A stretch of 63,722 nt of DNA, the filler included, from Vannella sp. (taxonomy: Eukaryota): assembly GCA_023345925.1 (NCBI GenBank). It is 5 parts of 5 records of this genome, joined end to end, with 100 filler letters (N's around TTAATTAATTAA, not from the genome) between each part and the next. Parts side by side here need not be neighbours in the genome. Positions count along the whole stretch, not along the records: positions 8,447 to 38,836 come from JAJQQN010000041.1; 4 more parts are not named here. The stretch is one strand, 5' to 3'. This document shows positions 24,956-35,106 of this stretch, in pieces; the stretch's first letter is position 1; each line of letters begins with the position of its first letter. Below the pieces are notes generated by a model. The model was not told the DNA's origin and did no database searches. It saw nothing but the letters and a program-made list of their open reading frames with translations. The position numbers and the translations under genes were made by a program.

Positions 24956-24973
24956 CTCTAAACCCTAAACCCC
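24956..24973. repeat. Short CCCTAAA (telo-box-like) motif about 40 nt upstream of the SPT5 start
   Basis: CTCTAAACCCTAAACCCC. Confidence 0.5.
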
Positions 24974-25078
24974 AACCGACCGGTTTGCTGTGGTCGGCTG
25001 TAACATTTGCATTAAAACACATATTAACTGGGATTTAAGCTAATGAATCAGAGTGGGATTCAAGCTAATGAATCAGAG

Positions 25079-25880
25079 TTACAGTTTGTGGGACGACGCC
25101 TCAACCAGAGGACGTGTCACTGATCGGTACATGTTCCTCACGAGGGACGCAACGTCTTCAAGTTTCGTGGTGCAACCCTCGCTTACGCTAACAAGTAGAC
25201 AAACGTCCCATGATCTTGTACGCGTTACCTCAGGAGCTTTCGAATTCCTCCTTGTGCAACCTTACAAGCGTTTAATAGCTTCCACCAAACGCTCTTCCCC
25301 TTTAGTCCTCTGGCTGTCCTCTCGCTGAGCAAGGGGTCGGTCCTCCTTCCAAGTTTCCTCGTCGTTCTGTTGGCCTCCCACAAGTCCACAACCACTCTCC
25401 CACCAACCTTGCTACACACGGATGCCCCACCATCCCCAACATCTCGATGTTGGTGGGTAAGTACTTCCCCTCCAACATCGAGATCCAGCCGCATGTTGAG
25501 ACGCATCTCTCCTTTCGCGTGCGGGGTCATTGCTCGTTAGTCTACCCACGAACAGAGTGCCTGAATTGAGTCGTCCCTTGAGTGGAGGAGCAAAGGTTCT
25601 TCTCTGCGGATGATAGCTTCAAACGTACTCCTGAGTTCCGTTCTCTTACTACTGCATCAACTCGAGAAGGGGCCAAGATCTTTGTCAAGCCCTTCGAAGG
25701 GGGTCAAGATACTCTCACCACCGTTGATACTGCCGAAAGATCGGGACTTCCCTGATACCAAACCTTGACGAGGAGTCGCGATCTTTCAGCGGTATCAACG
25801 GTGGTCAGAGCACAAAGCGATATGAAGCTCTCCCTGCAGGCGGAGAGCTTCCCTGAGATGGTGAAAGTGAGAACGATCAT
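25079..25880 (-). CDS. Hypothetical ~215-aa protein, 3 introns; not visible as one ORF
   Basis: Three GT-AG introns (25692-25763, 25512-25549, ~25189-25228) are phase-consistent and give an open frame MIVLTFTISG...VEASSHKL*. Confidence 0.55.
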
Positions 25881-25933
25881 CCGATCCTCGTGTCCGCTCT
25901 GACCCAAATGATGGGAAGGAGTTGAAGAACCAT

Positions 25934-26009
25934 GGAAAAGTCGCCCTCTTAAAAACATATAAAATCGTCATTCGCATTGATGCCAGTCGAATTTAGAAGC
26001 ACTATTCAA
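25934..26009 (+). repeat. Second copy of the dispersed MITE-like repeat (right-arm half)
   Basis: GGAAAAGT..CCCTCTT.AAAACATATAAAA....CATT...AT...TGCCAGTCGAATTTAGAAGCACT, shared with 8677-8751. Confidence 0.8.
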
Positions 26010-26039
26010 AGGAGGCCATTTTCTGGAGGTCTGGAGGGG

Positions 26040-27632
26040 ATGAAGGCGGCTCGACGGAGTGGGTTCGCGCTAGTGGAGCGATTCGCCCTTCAAGGGCATG
26101 GCTTGAGGAGCGCACGATCCCAGGGACTGATTGACATACCAAGAGAAATGCGGGCTGTTGTACAAGTGGGCTACGGAGCGCCCAGTCAGTCGCTTGACTT
26201 TGCCAAGGTTCCTGTTCCTGCGATAACGCCTCATGACGTATGAAGAGCTGCACCTGATACTACCAAGGAGTAATAACAGTCGGTTTAGGTTCTTGTGCGT
26301 GTCAAGTCAGCCTCCATCAACCAGATAGACTGCAAACTTCGTTATGGCTTCGCCCAGAGTGTTCTCAACGCCCGAGTGGAGCGTGGGAACCGTGATCTAT
26401 TGAAAGGACCTCCATTCATTGTTGGAAGGGACTTCAGTGGCGAGGTGGTGCAAGTAGGTGAGGCAGTGCCTGATCTGCCCGCCTTCCAACTCGGACAGCC
26501 CGTAAGGTCCCTGATCGCTCCTTCCCCTTGGCTCACTTTGGCTCAGGTACTGGGATTTGTGAACCAGCTCACTGCGCAAGGGTCTTGGGCAGAGTACGTG
26601 AGAGTGCCGTACTGGAATGTCGCCAAGAAGCCCGAGTACCTGGACTGGAACGAGGCTGCTAGTCTGCCCTTCGCACTGACAGGTGCATTGGAGCTTCTCA
26701 AAGCTTACGGAAAGGGTTAGTATGACCTCCAGTACGACAAAGCTTGCTAAAGCTTCTCTTCAGATGTCTCTGGAAAGGGCTCCGAAGAAGTGGTCGTCCT
26801 TGGTGGGGGAACAGGCGGTTCTGTGGCATACATACTTGCCTTACTCCTTCGCATGATGCAAATTGAGCCTACTTGCTTCACCCGAAGCGGGAACTCGAGT
26901 TATCTGAAGAACTTGGGAGTGCGCTCGGTAGAGACATTCGAAGGCGTCAAGTTCAAGAAGCAGTGTGCCAAGAGCGCAGCAGTCTTCCTTCCCAATGGAA
27001 TCGAACAGGCTCTTTCCTTCCAGGCATCGCTATCGAACGCACGGACTCTGCACAACATCAAATTGATGAGAGAGTCTGAAGACCTCTTCCAGAGGATCCC
27101 CATTCGAGTGTATCGCCTCTTTGCAACAGAAATGGAGCTCCAGGAGACACTAGAAAAGAAGGGAATGCCCTTAAAAAAGTGTGCCTTGTCTCAAGTAGAA
27201 TTCGTGAAGAAGCTCCGGTTCTTAGAGGAAAGTGAAGAGCCAGACTTCAAATTAATCTCTGTACAAAGCCCCCAAATGGCGCTCTATCCTGACTATGCTG
27301 GGCAAGAGGGATACCACATTTCCATGGAAAACGCTCTCGACCGGATGTGGCAATTCCTTCAACGGAAGACTTCCGTTCAGAAGCTCGCGATTGTGGATAA
27401 GATTTATCCTTTTTCCAAAGCACTGGACATCCATCAGCACATGGACAGCGGAGAATACAGCGGGAAACTGGTTTTGTCTCTTTCTGAGTTGGAAGACCCT
27501 TCAAGCACTGACAAAGCGATCATGTATCGTAACATTGGCCGTCTAGCTGAACATGCCATCCCATCAAGCACCCTTGTTTCATTCTTACCGATGGACCAGC
27601 GCGTTCCTCACGAAAAGACGACTAAACACTGA
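26040..27632 (+). CDS. MDR-family NAD(P)H oxidoreductase, RTN4IP1-like, probable mitochondrial presequence, divergent C-terminal half
   Basis: VLVRVKSASINQIDCKLRYG..GRDFSGEVVQVG..GSWAEYV..KKPEYLDWNEAASLPF..GKLVL. Confidence 0.8.
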
Positions 27633-28083
27633 AACTACTGATAAGAGGAACCCTCATAGCCTTTGTATCCCACTTGGGAGACTTCTGTCTTTATCAATAA
27701 GGATCCCTTATGAACCTTCTTCATAGGAGAAACGTTTCTAGACTCAAGGGGGAAAGCAGTCCCATTGGATTCCGCATTCCGTGCATTGGCACAACTTAAG
27801 TCACTTCGACTGCGAGTGGACACGATGGGGTTGAAACCTTTGGCCTGTGATCTGTATGTGAGCTCTGGAAGGACTTGATTTCCTGCTCAGAGAACTGGAA
27901 GTGCGCGTACTCTCAACTCTCAGGCCATCCGTGAGCTCCTCAATAGATCAGTTTGTCAACCAATGCAGCAAACCAAGTGGCGGTCGTTCTCCAACAGTTT
28001 ATTCCATACCAAGGAACAGTACATCATTGACCAGGTGCAAACAGTCCTGGCGTTCATGTTTCCCATCGAATGCGCATTCGTCC

Positions 28084-28647
28084 TCACTCTGGCACGTTTT
28101 TGATGTATTTGGCGGGGTTCCCTCCCACGACTGTGTTAGGAGGGACGTCTTTGACGACAACTGCACCAGCTGCTACGATGCTGTTGTCACCAATAGTGAC
28201 TCCGGGGCAGATGACGGAAGAGCCTCCAAGCCACACGTTGTTGCCAATGGTGACGGGTTTACCGCCCTCCAGGCCACTTAGGCGCCCTGATGCGGAGAGT
28301 GGGTGAGTAGCAGTGTAGATCTGAACGTTAGGGCCGCAAAGAACGTTGTCTCCGATCTCCACGCGGCAGACGTCGAGGATGACGCAGTTAAAGTTCATAA
28401 AGAAGCCTTTTCCAACGTAGATGTTGCTCCCATAGTCTACTCGAAGGGAGGGCTCCACCGTAGCACCCTCCTTTAGGCCTCCAAAGAGCTCTTGAAGGAG
28501 TTGAAGCCGCAAAGCCGAGTCCCTTGGGTCACTATCGTTGAACTGTTTCGTCAGACCTCGCGCACGCACTCTCATCTCCACTAGAAGAGGGTCCGTGGCA
28601 TTGTACAGCTCCCCAGCCAGCATCCTTTCCAGCTCGTCCCTCTCCAT
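28084..28647 (-). CDS. maa: Maltose/galactoside O-acetyltransferase (hexapeptide repeat), intronless
   Basis: RMLAGELY..VDYGSNIYVG..NFNCVILD..IGDNVLCGPNVQIYTATHP..IGNNVWLGG..GGNPAK. Confidence 0.92.
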   Translation of the reverse strand: MERDELERMLAGELYNATDPLLVEMRVRARGLTKQFNDSDPRDSALRLQLLQELFGGLKEGATVEPSLRVDYGSNIYVGKGFFMNFNCVILDVCRVEIGDNVLCGPNVQIYTATHPLSASGRLSGLEGGKPVTIGNNVWLGGSSVICPGVTIGDNSIVAAGAVVVKDVPPNTVVGGNPAKYIKNVPE

Positions 28648-28743
28648 GAGGCGCAACAAAAAGAATGCGCAATCTTTGCCCGTTTCTGTGACCTTTCTGG
28701 TATCGGTGCGTTTATGCTCCGGTACAAGAGAATGAAGGTACGT

Positions 28744-30534
28744 TTAGGAGCCTTTGGGGAGTGTTTGACCGAAGAAGCGAAAGAGTGTTGGACCCGGTTT
28801 GGGTGTTTGGGGCTTACTTTTGGCTTCTTTAGAGGGCCTGCGAGTGTTCTTTTTGATGGGAAGGGCGGCAGGAAACGGGTGAGATGCAGGAATGGGAGTA
28901 AGCGGTCCGGAATTCAGCTCGGCAGAGAGGTTTTCAGCCAAGTGGTGGTCGCTATGCTCTTGTCTTTGCGCCTCCTCTATCAATCGCCCGCATTTCTCGC
29001 ATTTAAAGAGTTGTGCTGAAGCTGGCCCTTCCAGATTACCTTCAAAGGGGTGGAACGTGATGGCTGGGGGACTAGCTTCGCAGCTTTCTGACAGTTTTAC
29101 TATTCCACCGCCAGAGCTTGGGAAGAAAGATGAGATAGGCGATGTTCCATTCAAGGAACGGAAGTTGGAAGCTTGGAATGCCAGCCGGATGCAAGGGAAC
29201 AAGTCCTTCTCGCTCACTTTTGTTGTGAGAAGTTGCTTAATGTGACTTACCAACCCCATCAATTGGGTTCGTTGAGGGGGCATGGGAGAGGACAGTCCTC
29301 TTCCTTTGGCATCCCTCCTCTTAAATTGGATAGTGAGGGTCAAAGGGACTCGATTGTGGACCTCTTGGTCGTTCTTCATCCGGTCAAGGAGGTCAGTGCA
29401 CAGCAACTTGATGATGCCCTCCATATCATTAATAGAGAACATGGGACTGAAGTGTTTGGCGGCCATAATGGACTTGGTGAGCAATCGAGGCTCAACGAGA
29501 TTGGTGTCGATCCCCCTGCTGACCCAATAAAGCCATTCCGCGACCTTTTCCCCACAATAATCGGCAAGTAGTGGCTTGGGTATGTTCTGAAGCTGAATAG
29601 GAGTAGTGACATTCATACTCGACAACGTTTGGACGAGTTTTGGGCCCAAAGAAGGAATGTCTTTCAATTCAATTTCCTCCAACAGGCGGTCCACTGCAGA
29701 GGCACGAGCGATAGTTTGCCCATTTGGCTTATTATAGCCGGCAATCAACTTGGCAAAGGCGCGGGTATGAGCTACTCCAGCACTGCAAGTGAATCCGAGT
29801 TCATCAAAAACTCTTTTCCGTATCTCGTCGACCAACCGAGCGCCGATGAGGAGCTTGATGTCCGCTATACTTTCTGCCGCTATAACCTGACAACCTCCGT
29901 CCTCCTCCCCTTTCAGTGGGAGAAGCTTTCCCGCCCAATTCCAGCGGTCGTCAATGAGCTGCACTGGGGTCAAGGAAGGCTGCCCTTTCTGACGTTGCCT
30001 GAGAAAGCTGTCTACTTCAAGTGTGAGGTCCATGTAGGCTTCGTCAATGGAGCCCTTCTGGAGGACTACGCAGTGCTCTTGGAAGATCTGGAAGATCTCT
30101 TGGCTCGCTCGGCGATATCTCTCCAGGGACACTTTGGTGAAGGAAGGACCTTTGTCAGAAGGATCTGGTTCTATGAGCTCCACGTGGATCAAGTGAATGG
30201 AAGGGCACTTGGCCTTGGCAGTGTCCGCGTTGTCTTTCCGTGAGATACCAAACTTACGAGCTGCCTCCTCATCAGTCTACCCACGTAAGAGGCACCATTG
30301 GGATGAATCTCACCTGCGTAGTTGATTGCAATGATACCGTTCCACTGCTGGACGGCCAAAGGCTCGTCCACAGGGATACCCAAACGTTTGTGCTCCACTT
30401 GCTAGAACTAAGGTCACTCTCAACCGCCCCTCTACACCCTACACCAAAGCACCCACCGCATAGAAGCAATCCAGATCAATCAGAGCGATAACCTTGGCAT
30501 CCCGCAGCAGCCCAGCCTCCGCCCACGCCTCCAT
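28744..30534 (-). CDS. POLH: DNA polymerase eta (Y family) with UBZ finger and PIP box
   Basis: IALIDLDCFYA|QVE..AVQQW..IAINY; SIDEAYMD; KPNGQT; CEKC..EHSDHHLA; TLFRFF. Confidence 0.92.
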
Positions 30535-30576
30535 CGAAAGGAAGGGAAGAAATGATCTTTCAAAGGCGTATTCCTG

Positions 30577-32328
30577 CTATTCAACGTCCACAGGTATGGA
30601 GAAGGGGAGGATAGGCAACCCATGGCTGCTATAAACAATCGGTTTGGGCCAACTGCACCAACCAAACTGGACCTTTGCGATCCGGACTTGGCTTTTGGGC
30701 GGGTCCGGAAGAGATTCTAATGCTTTCCTGTGGACTGTGAGTCGGATAACGTGTGGTTGGGTGCGTTCCATGTCTTCTAGTTGAATGAGAGCTCCTGTGT
30801 CAAGCTGAGCCTCGAAACCAGAACAATACTCCTCCATGGTAGCTTGATCCAGCCGGAATTCGTTATTAGTTGGACATTGGTAGCTTCTTAACTCCAATCC
30901 TTCCTTCCCAACCAGGTCTTTCTCAAAGATCACGTCGATAATGATGGAGTCAGTGAGATACTCGACCAGGACTCGCTCCACAACTGGTCCATGCGATTGA
31001 ATAGAAGAGTGGAACGTCTCTTCTAGCAATCGCCAGCTCAGCCTCTGGCTAATAGGCTTCTTATCGCGAGGATGAATGTCACCAAAAGGTGAATATGCAT
31101 CGCCCAGGTCATAAGCGGGAACCATTTGGACATTGGGGAGGCGAGTCAGATTCATTTGAATCGCCCGGAAGTTCTCAATGTACGGACGAGGTACGAAAAT
31201 GGGAGCCAGTCCCACTGTGATGAAGGGGAGATTAGGTTGTCCAGCAAACGCTCTCCAAAACTCCAAAAGGTGGGGAAACGCACAAACATAATAGTTCGGC
31301 CCAAAGACATTCGACTCCCCCTGATACCAAAGGACAGCCCTTGTCCTTAGCCTAGCCACAGGTTGTGCCATCCCAAACCAGGTGACACTGTCCTCCGTGG
31401 GACAACATTCGTGCGGGGAAATTGTGGAAGGGCCTCCACATGCATCCAACACTGAAGGAGGGCTCCATGTTTGAAGAGGAGACCCGTTAGCGGAGAAAGA
31501 AACCAATCCAATGGGCACGTGTAGCTCCTCATACATGGCCTTCCCGAAGAACCAGCAAACGGCACTGACATGGGTGAATGGTTCTGGAACATCTCGAATC
31601 GTCTTATGGCTTGAAACTGTCCATGGAAGTGACGGAGCAGTTGCCATGTCAGCTCGCTCTTCATTTGAGTCCTTTCGTCCCAAATCCATCACGCGGATGA
31701 GGGGAAAGTCGAATGTTTCACCTTCCTCCGCATGTTCTCGCCCAGTAAAGGTCTGTGCTACTGTTAGTAGCATGTTTGATTGTCCAGCACAATGATACAC
31801 ATCTCCAAAATAGACATCCTGCACTGCCAGACCTTCTCCTTGCGAATTGAAGATCAGAAGGGTGAGAGGACCTCCAGCTGTATGAAGTGGAAGCTCAAAG
31901 GACCATCGGATTTGAGGTCTATCAAACGGTTTTACTATTTCAGAACCTTCTAGAGTAGCCAAGAAGGATAGCTCCTCGTACTGAAGGACAACCTCGCAAT
32001 CGATGTCATCCGCTGCGCACCATCCCCACACCACCGCCTGTTCAGGCGCTCGCTGTAAGACCATGTGATCATTAAAAGCGTATGCCAGCCTAAACTTCCC
32101 CCCTCGATGCAGCTCGTGGCCAAAGTGACTCGGTCGACTGAAAGAAAAAGCCAACTCCTCATACAGAGGACCGACCGGCTGGATCTCAAGGAACACGGCC
32201 TCCACAACCGCTGACTTTGAAGGCACTCGCATGAAGAGAAAGAATACAACCAGCAATACACCAAGCAAGGTACCCAGCAACACCATCCCTCGACGGTTCC
32301 CCGAAGACCGCCGACGTGTCGCTCTCAT
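30577..32328 (-). CDS. Sialate O-acetylesterase-like (SASA/SGNH) type II membrane protein, intronless
   Basis: N-terminal TM; DHMVLQR..VVWGW; DVYFGDVYHCAGQSNM; SAVCWFFG; VLWYQGESN; DIHPRDKK. Confidence 0.9.
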   Translation of the reverse strand: MRATRRRSSGNRRGMVLLGTLLGVLLVVFFLFMRVPSKSAVVEAVFLEIQPVGPLYEELAFSFSRPSHFGHELHRGGKFRLAYAFNDHMVLQRAPEQAVVWGWCAADDIDCEVVLQYEELSFLATLEGSEIVKPFDRPQIRWSFELPLHTAGGPLTLLIFNSQGEGLAVQDVYFGDVYHCAGQSNMLLTVAQTFTGREHAEEGETFDFPLIRVMDLGRKDSNEERADMATAPSLPWTVSSHKTIRDVPEPFTHVSAVCWFFGKAMYEELHVPIGLVSFSANGSPLQTWSPPSVLDACGGPSTISPHECCPTEDSVTWFGMAQPVARLRTRAVLWYQGESNVFGPNYYVCAFPHLLEFWRAFAGQPNLPFITVGLAPIFVPRPYIENFRAIQMNLTRLPNVQMVPAYDLGDAYSPFGDIHPRDKKPISQRLSWRLLEETFHSSIQSHGPVVERVLVEYLTDSIIIDVIFEKDLVGKEGLELRSYQCPTNNEFRLDQATMEEYCSGFEAQLDTGALIQLEDMERTQPHVIRLTVHRKALESLPDPPKSQVRIAKVQFGWCSWPKPIVYSSHGLPILPFSIPVDVE

Positions 32329-32450
32329 TCAAATGCCCTAAAAATATGAAATAAGATTCCTAATTGATTCATGTGGCTGGCGAATTATGAGGATGATGTT
32401 TGAATACTGCAGTTGCGGAAATTTTCGTCTTTTTTCTTTGCCCCGTCACG

Positions 32451-33056
32451 ATGGTGAGCGCGGCGTGGGACTGAAGTGATGAACCAGTGTTGATGGGTCG
32501 AATGGGGTTGATTAGTCTGATGCCAAGCAATCCAAGGCGTTCCCTCTCGCTGATGCGACTACCAGTACCGCGATTCTGGAGCTTTTGCAGCAAGCTTTCC
32601 ACTACAAGCAGTTGAAGAAGGGAGCGAACGAGGGTATGAAGATCTACTGGATTTACATCAGATTTAGTGAGATCTAACTCTGCTTCTGATCTGCAGCCAC
32701 CAAGACCTTGAACAGAGGACAGGCTGAGCTCATTGTTTTGGCTGCCGATACAGAACCTCTGGAGATTCTCCTCCACCTTCCCCTCCTTTGCGAAGACAAG
32801 GTAAGCTCCCTCCTCGATGATCAGCAGAGTCATCTAGGCTAAAGGCGCCCGTCACCACGTTGCTAATGAAGTGTTTCTCGGAACGCTGAAGAACGTCCCC
32901 TATGTCTTTGTCCCCTCCAAGAAGGCTTTAGGTCGTGCTTGTGGAGTTAGCCGATCCGTTGTCGCAGCCTCCATCATCACCTTCGAAGGCTCCCAGCTGA
33001 CAAAGCAGATCGAGACGATGAAGGACAACATCGAGAGCCTCTTGTACACCTCATAA
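32451..33056 (+). CDS. SNU13: Snu13/15.5K (NHP2L1), L7Ae-family K-turn-binding protein, 3 introns
   Basis: [69 protein letters not shown]. Confidence 0.96.
32857..32896 (+). promoter_or_regulatory. Kink-turn RNA element overlapping the putative branch point and 3' splice site of SNU13 intron 3
   Basis: ACGUUgCU / AAU bulge / GA AGUGUUU-CUCG-GAACGCU GA / AG|AACGU: C-stem, 3-nt bulge, tandem G.A pairs, 7 further base pairs. Confidence 0.8.
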
Positions 33057-33116
33057 GGAAGAAGCTTCTATCTTGAGACTAAAGATACGAAGAGAACACG
33101 CATTCGGGCTTTATCG

Positions 33117-33419
33117 TTACAGTTCATTCAATGGAGGATGACCTAACCACTCCATCTGACTTCCAGGGAGTGGGACATCTTCAAAGAGAGAAGTTGGAGA
33201 GGTTTCCTCGGTTAACAAGTCGAGGAGAACCCAAAGAAGGATGAAGCCGAGCCCCAAAAGGCTCGCGCACGTGACGGCTTTCCGCACCGCCTCCACCAGC
33301 TTCCCCACTTTCCCAGGTTGGCTCACAGCACCACCACGTGATGTCTCCGTCGTTCGCCAAGCACCCACAACCAACGCAGTGAACACCAGCCCCCAAACCA
33401 ACATCAACGCGCCTTCCAT
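33117..33419 (-). CDS. Possible small protein with two hydrophobic helices
   Basis: 100-aa ORF filling the SNU13-GSR gap; no family recognised. Confidence 0.35.
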   Translation of the reverse strand: MEGALMLVWGLVFTALVVGAWRTTETSRGGAVSQPGKVGKLVEAVRKAVTCASLLGLGFILLWVLLDLLTEETSPTSLFEDVPLPGSQMEWLGHPPLNEL

Positions 33420-33489
33420 TCCACCGCAATCGCGCTCCTGACTGCGCCGTGAAGAACTACTCCTCGTTGACTCCCATTCTGTTGAAGAG

Positions 33490-35054
33490 ATGAGGGCGGG
33501 GTGGTCCTCTTTGGTGCAAGTTCGGAGGTTGGCGAGCCAGCCTTCCAATCACTTTGATCTCGTTGTGATTGGAGCGGGGAGTGGTGGGTTTGGTCGTTGT
33601 GTTTGGTGTGGTTGCTGATGGGGAGAAGGGGGCATCGCTACTGCGCGGAGGGCGGCGGAGTATGGTGCCAAGGTGGCGGTGTTGGAGTATCAGCGCTTGG
33701 GTGGGACTTGCGTCAATGTAGGGTGTGTGCCAAAGAAGGTGATGTGGAATGCAGCTACTCTGGCGGAGCATTTGCACGACTACAACGGATACGGCTTCCA
33801 ACTCCTTCCCAAAGAGACTCTCTCCTCGTTCAACTGGAGCCAGCTGAAGGAGAAGAGAGATGCATACGTTCTACGTTTGAATGGCATCTACGAGAGGAAC
33901 CTGGGTAGCTCTCAAGTAACTGTCTTCCAAGGGAGAGCCAAGTTCCTCTCCCCCACTTCCCTCCAAGTGGGCGATCAAGTAGTCACTGGCGATAGAACGC
34001 TGATTGCCACTGGTGGCTATCCAGCTGTACCAAACATCCCTGGTGCAGAGTTGGGAATAACAAGGTAGGCACTCCTCATGTCTTTCCAAACTCCACCGAG
34101 AGCTCATCATGGTCTAGTGACGGGTTCTTTGAGCTTGAGGACCTACCTAAGAGAACCATAGTTGTAGGGGCAGGGTACATTGCCGTTGAAATGGCGGGAA
34201 TCTTGCAATGCTTGGGCTCAGACACTCAATTGGTCATCCGCCAAGACAGTTTCCTGCGTACCTTTGATGAGAGCCTCCAGGTGGCCTTGAAAGAGCAGAT
34301 GCTCAAAGATGGTGTTAATATCATCACTCATGCCAATCCTCAGTCTCTGGAGCGACAGAAAGATGGATCTTTGCTTCTCACCACCCAAGAAGGAAAGAGA
34401 TTGGAGGCAGATTGCGTCCTTTGGGCCATCGGGCGACATCCTGACGTCAATGACCTAAATTTAGGTGCTGCAGGTGTTCATACCATCGAGAGCGGCTTTG
34501 TGAAAGTGAATGAGTGGCAAGAGACTTCTCAAAAGAATGTTTTTGCGTTGGGAGATGTTGTTGGAAACGCTCAACTCACTCCTGTCGCCATTGCCACAGG
34601 CCGAAAGCTTGCAGGGAGACTATTTAATGGTCAGTCATCCTTGAAAATGGACTTTGGCAACATTCCTTCGGTTGTGTTCAGCCACCCTCCCCTGGGAACC
34701 ATTGGTTTAACCGAACAAGAAGCAGTACAGAAGTATGGAAAGGACGACATCAAGATGTGAGTGCTTATACTCATACGAAAAGGTCCCTGTCCCTGACATA
34801 CTGGCAGCTACAAGAGTCAATTCACGAATATGTACTATTCCATGACTGACCGGAAAGTACCAACTCTGATGAAACTGGTGTGCCTTCGTTCAGACAACGA
34901 ACGAATCCTGGGATTGCATTGCATGGGCTTGGGCTGTGATGAAATGGTTCAGGGATTCAGCGTGGCCATCAAAATGGGAGCTACCAAAGCTGACTTTGAC
35001 AACTGCGTGGCCATTCATCCAACTAGTTCGGAGGAGTTTGTTACAATGCGTTGA
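33490..35054 (+). CDS. GSR: Glutathione reductase with probable N-terminal mitochondrial targeting peptide
   Basis: [58 protein letters not shown]. Confidence 0.95.
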
Positions 35055-35106
35055 TACATCCTTTCATCCACATCCACATCCAGTAGCAGAAAAGCATCAG
35101 TGCACT

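Noticed and set aside
25030..25080. 25-bp tandem duplication GGGATT(T/C)AAGCTAATGAATCAGAGT
   Set aside because: Simple two-copy slippage in a 3' flank; no sign of function.
27635..28080. Short ORFs between the oxidoreductase and maa
   Set aside because: No consistent gene model; probably convergent 3' UTRs.
32454..32520. Box C (GTGATGA) in SNU13 intron 1 with CTGA at the start of exon 2, as a snoRNA or second K-turn
   Set aside because: The flanking stems do not pair convincingly, unlike the intron-3 element, and no guide sequence was recognised.
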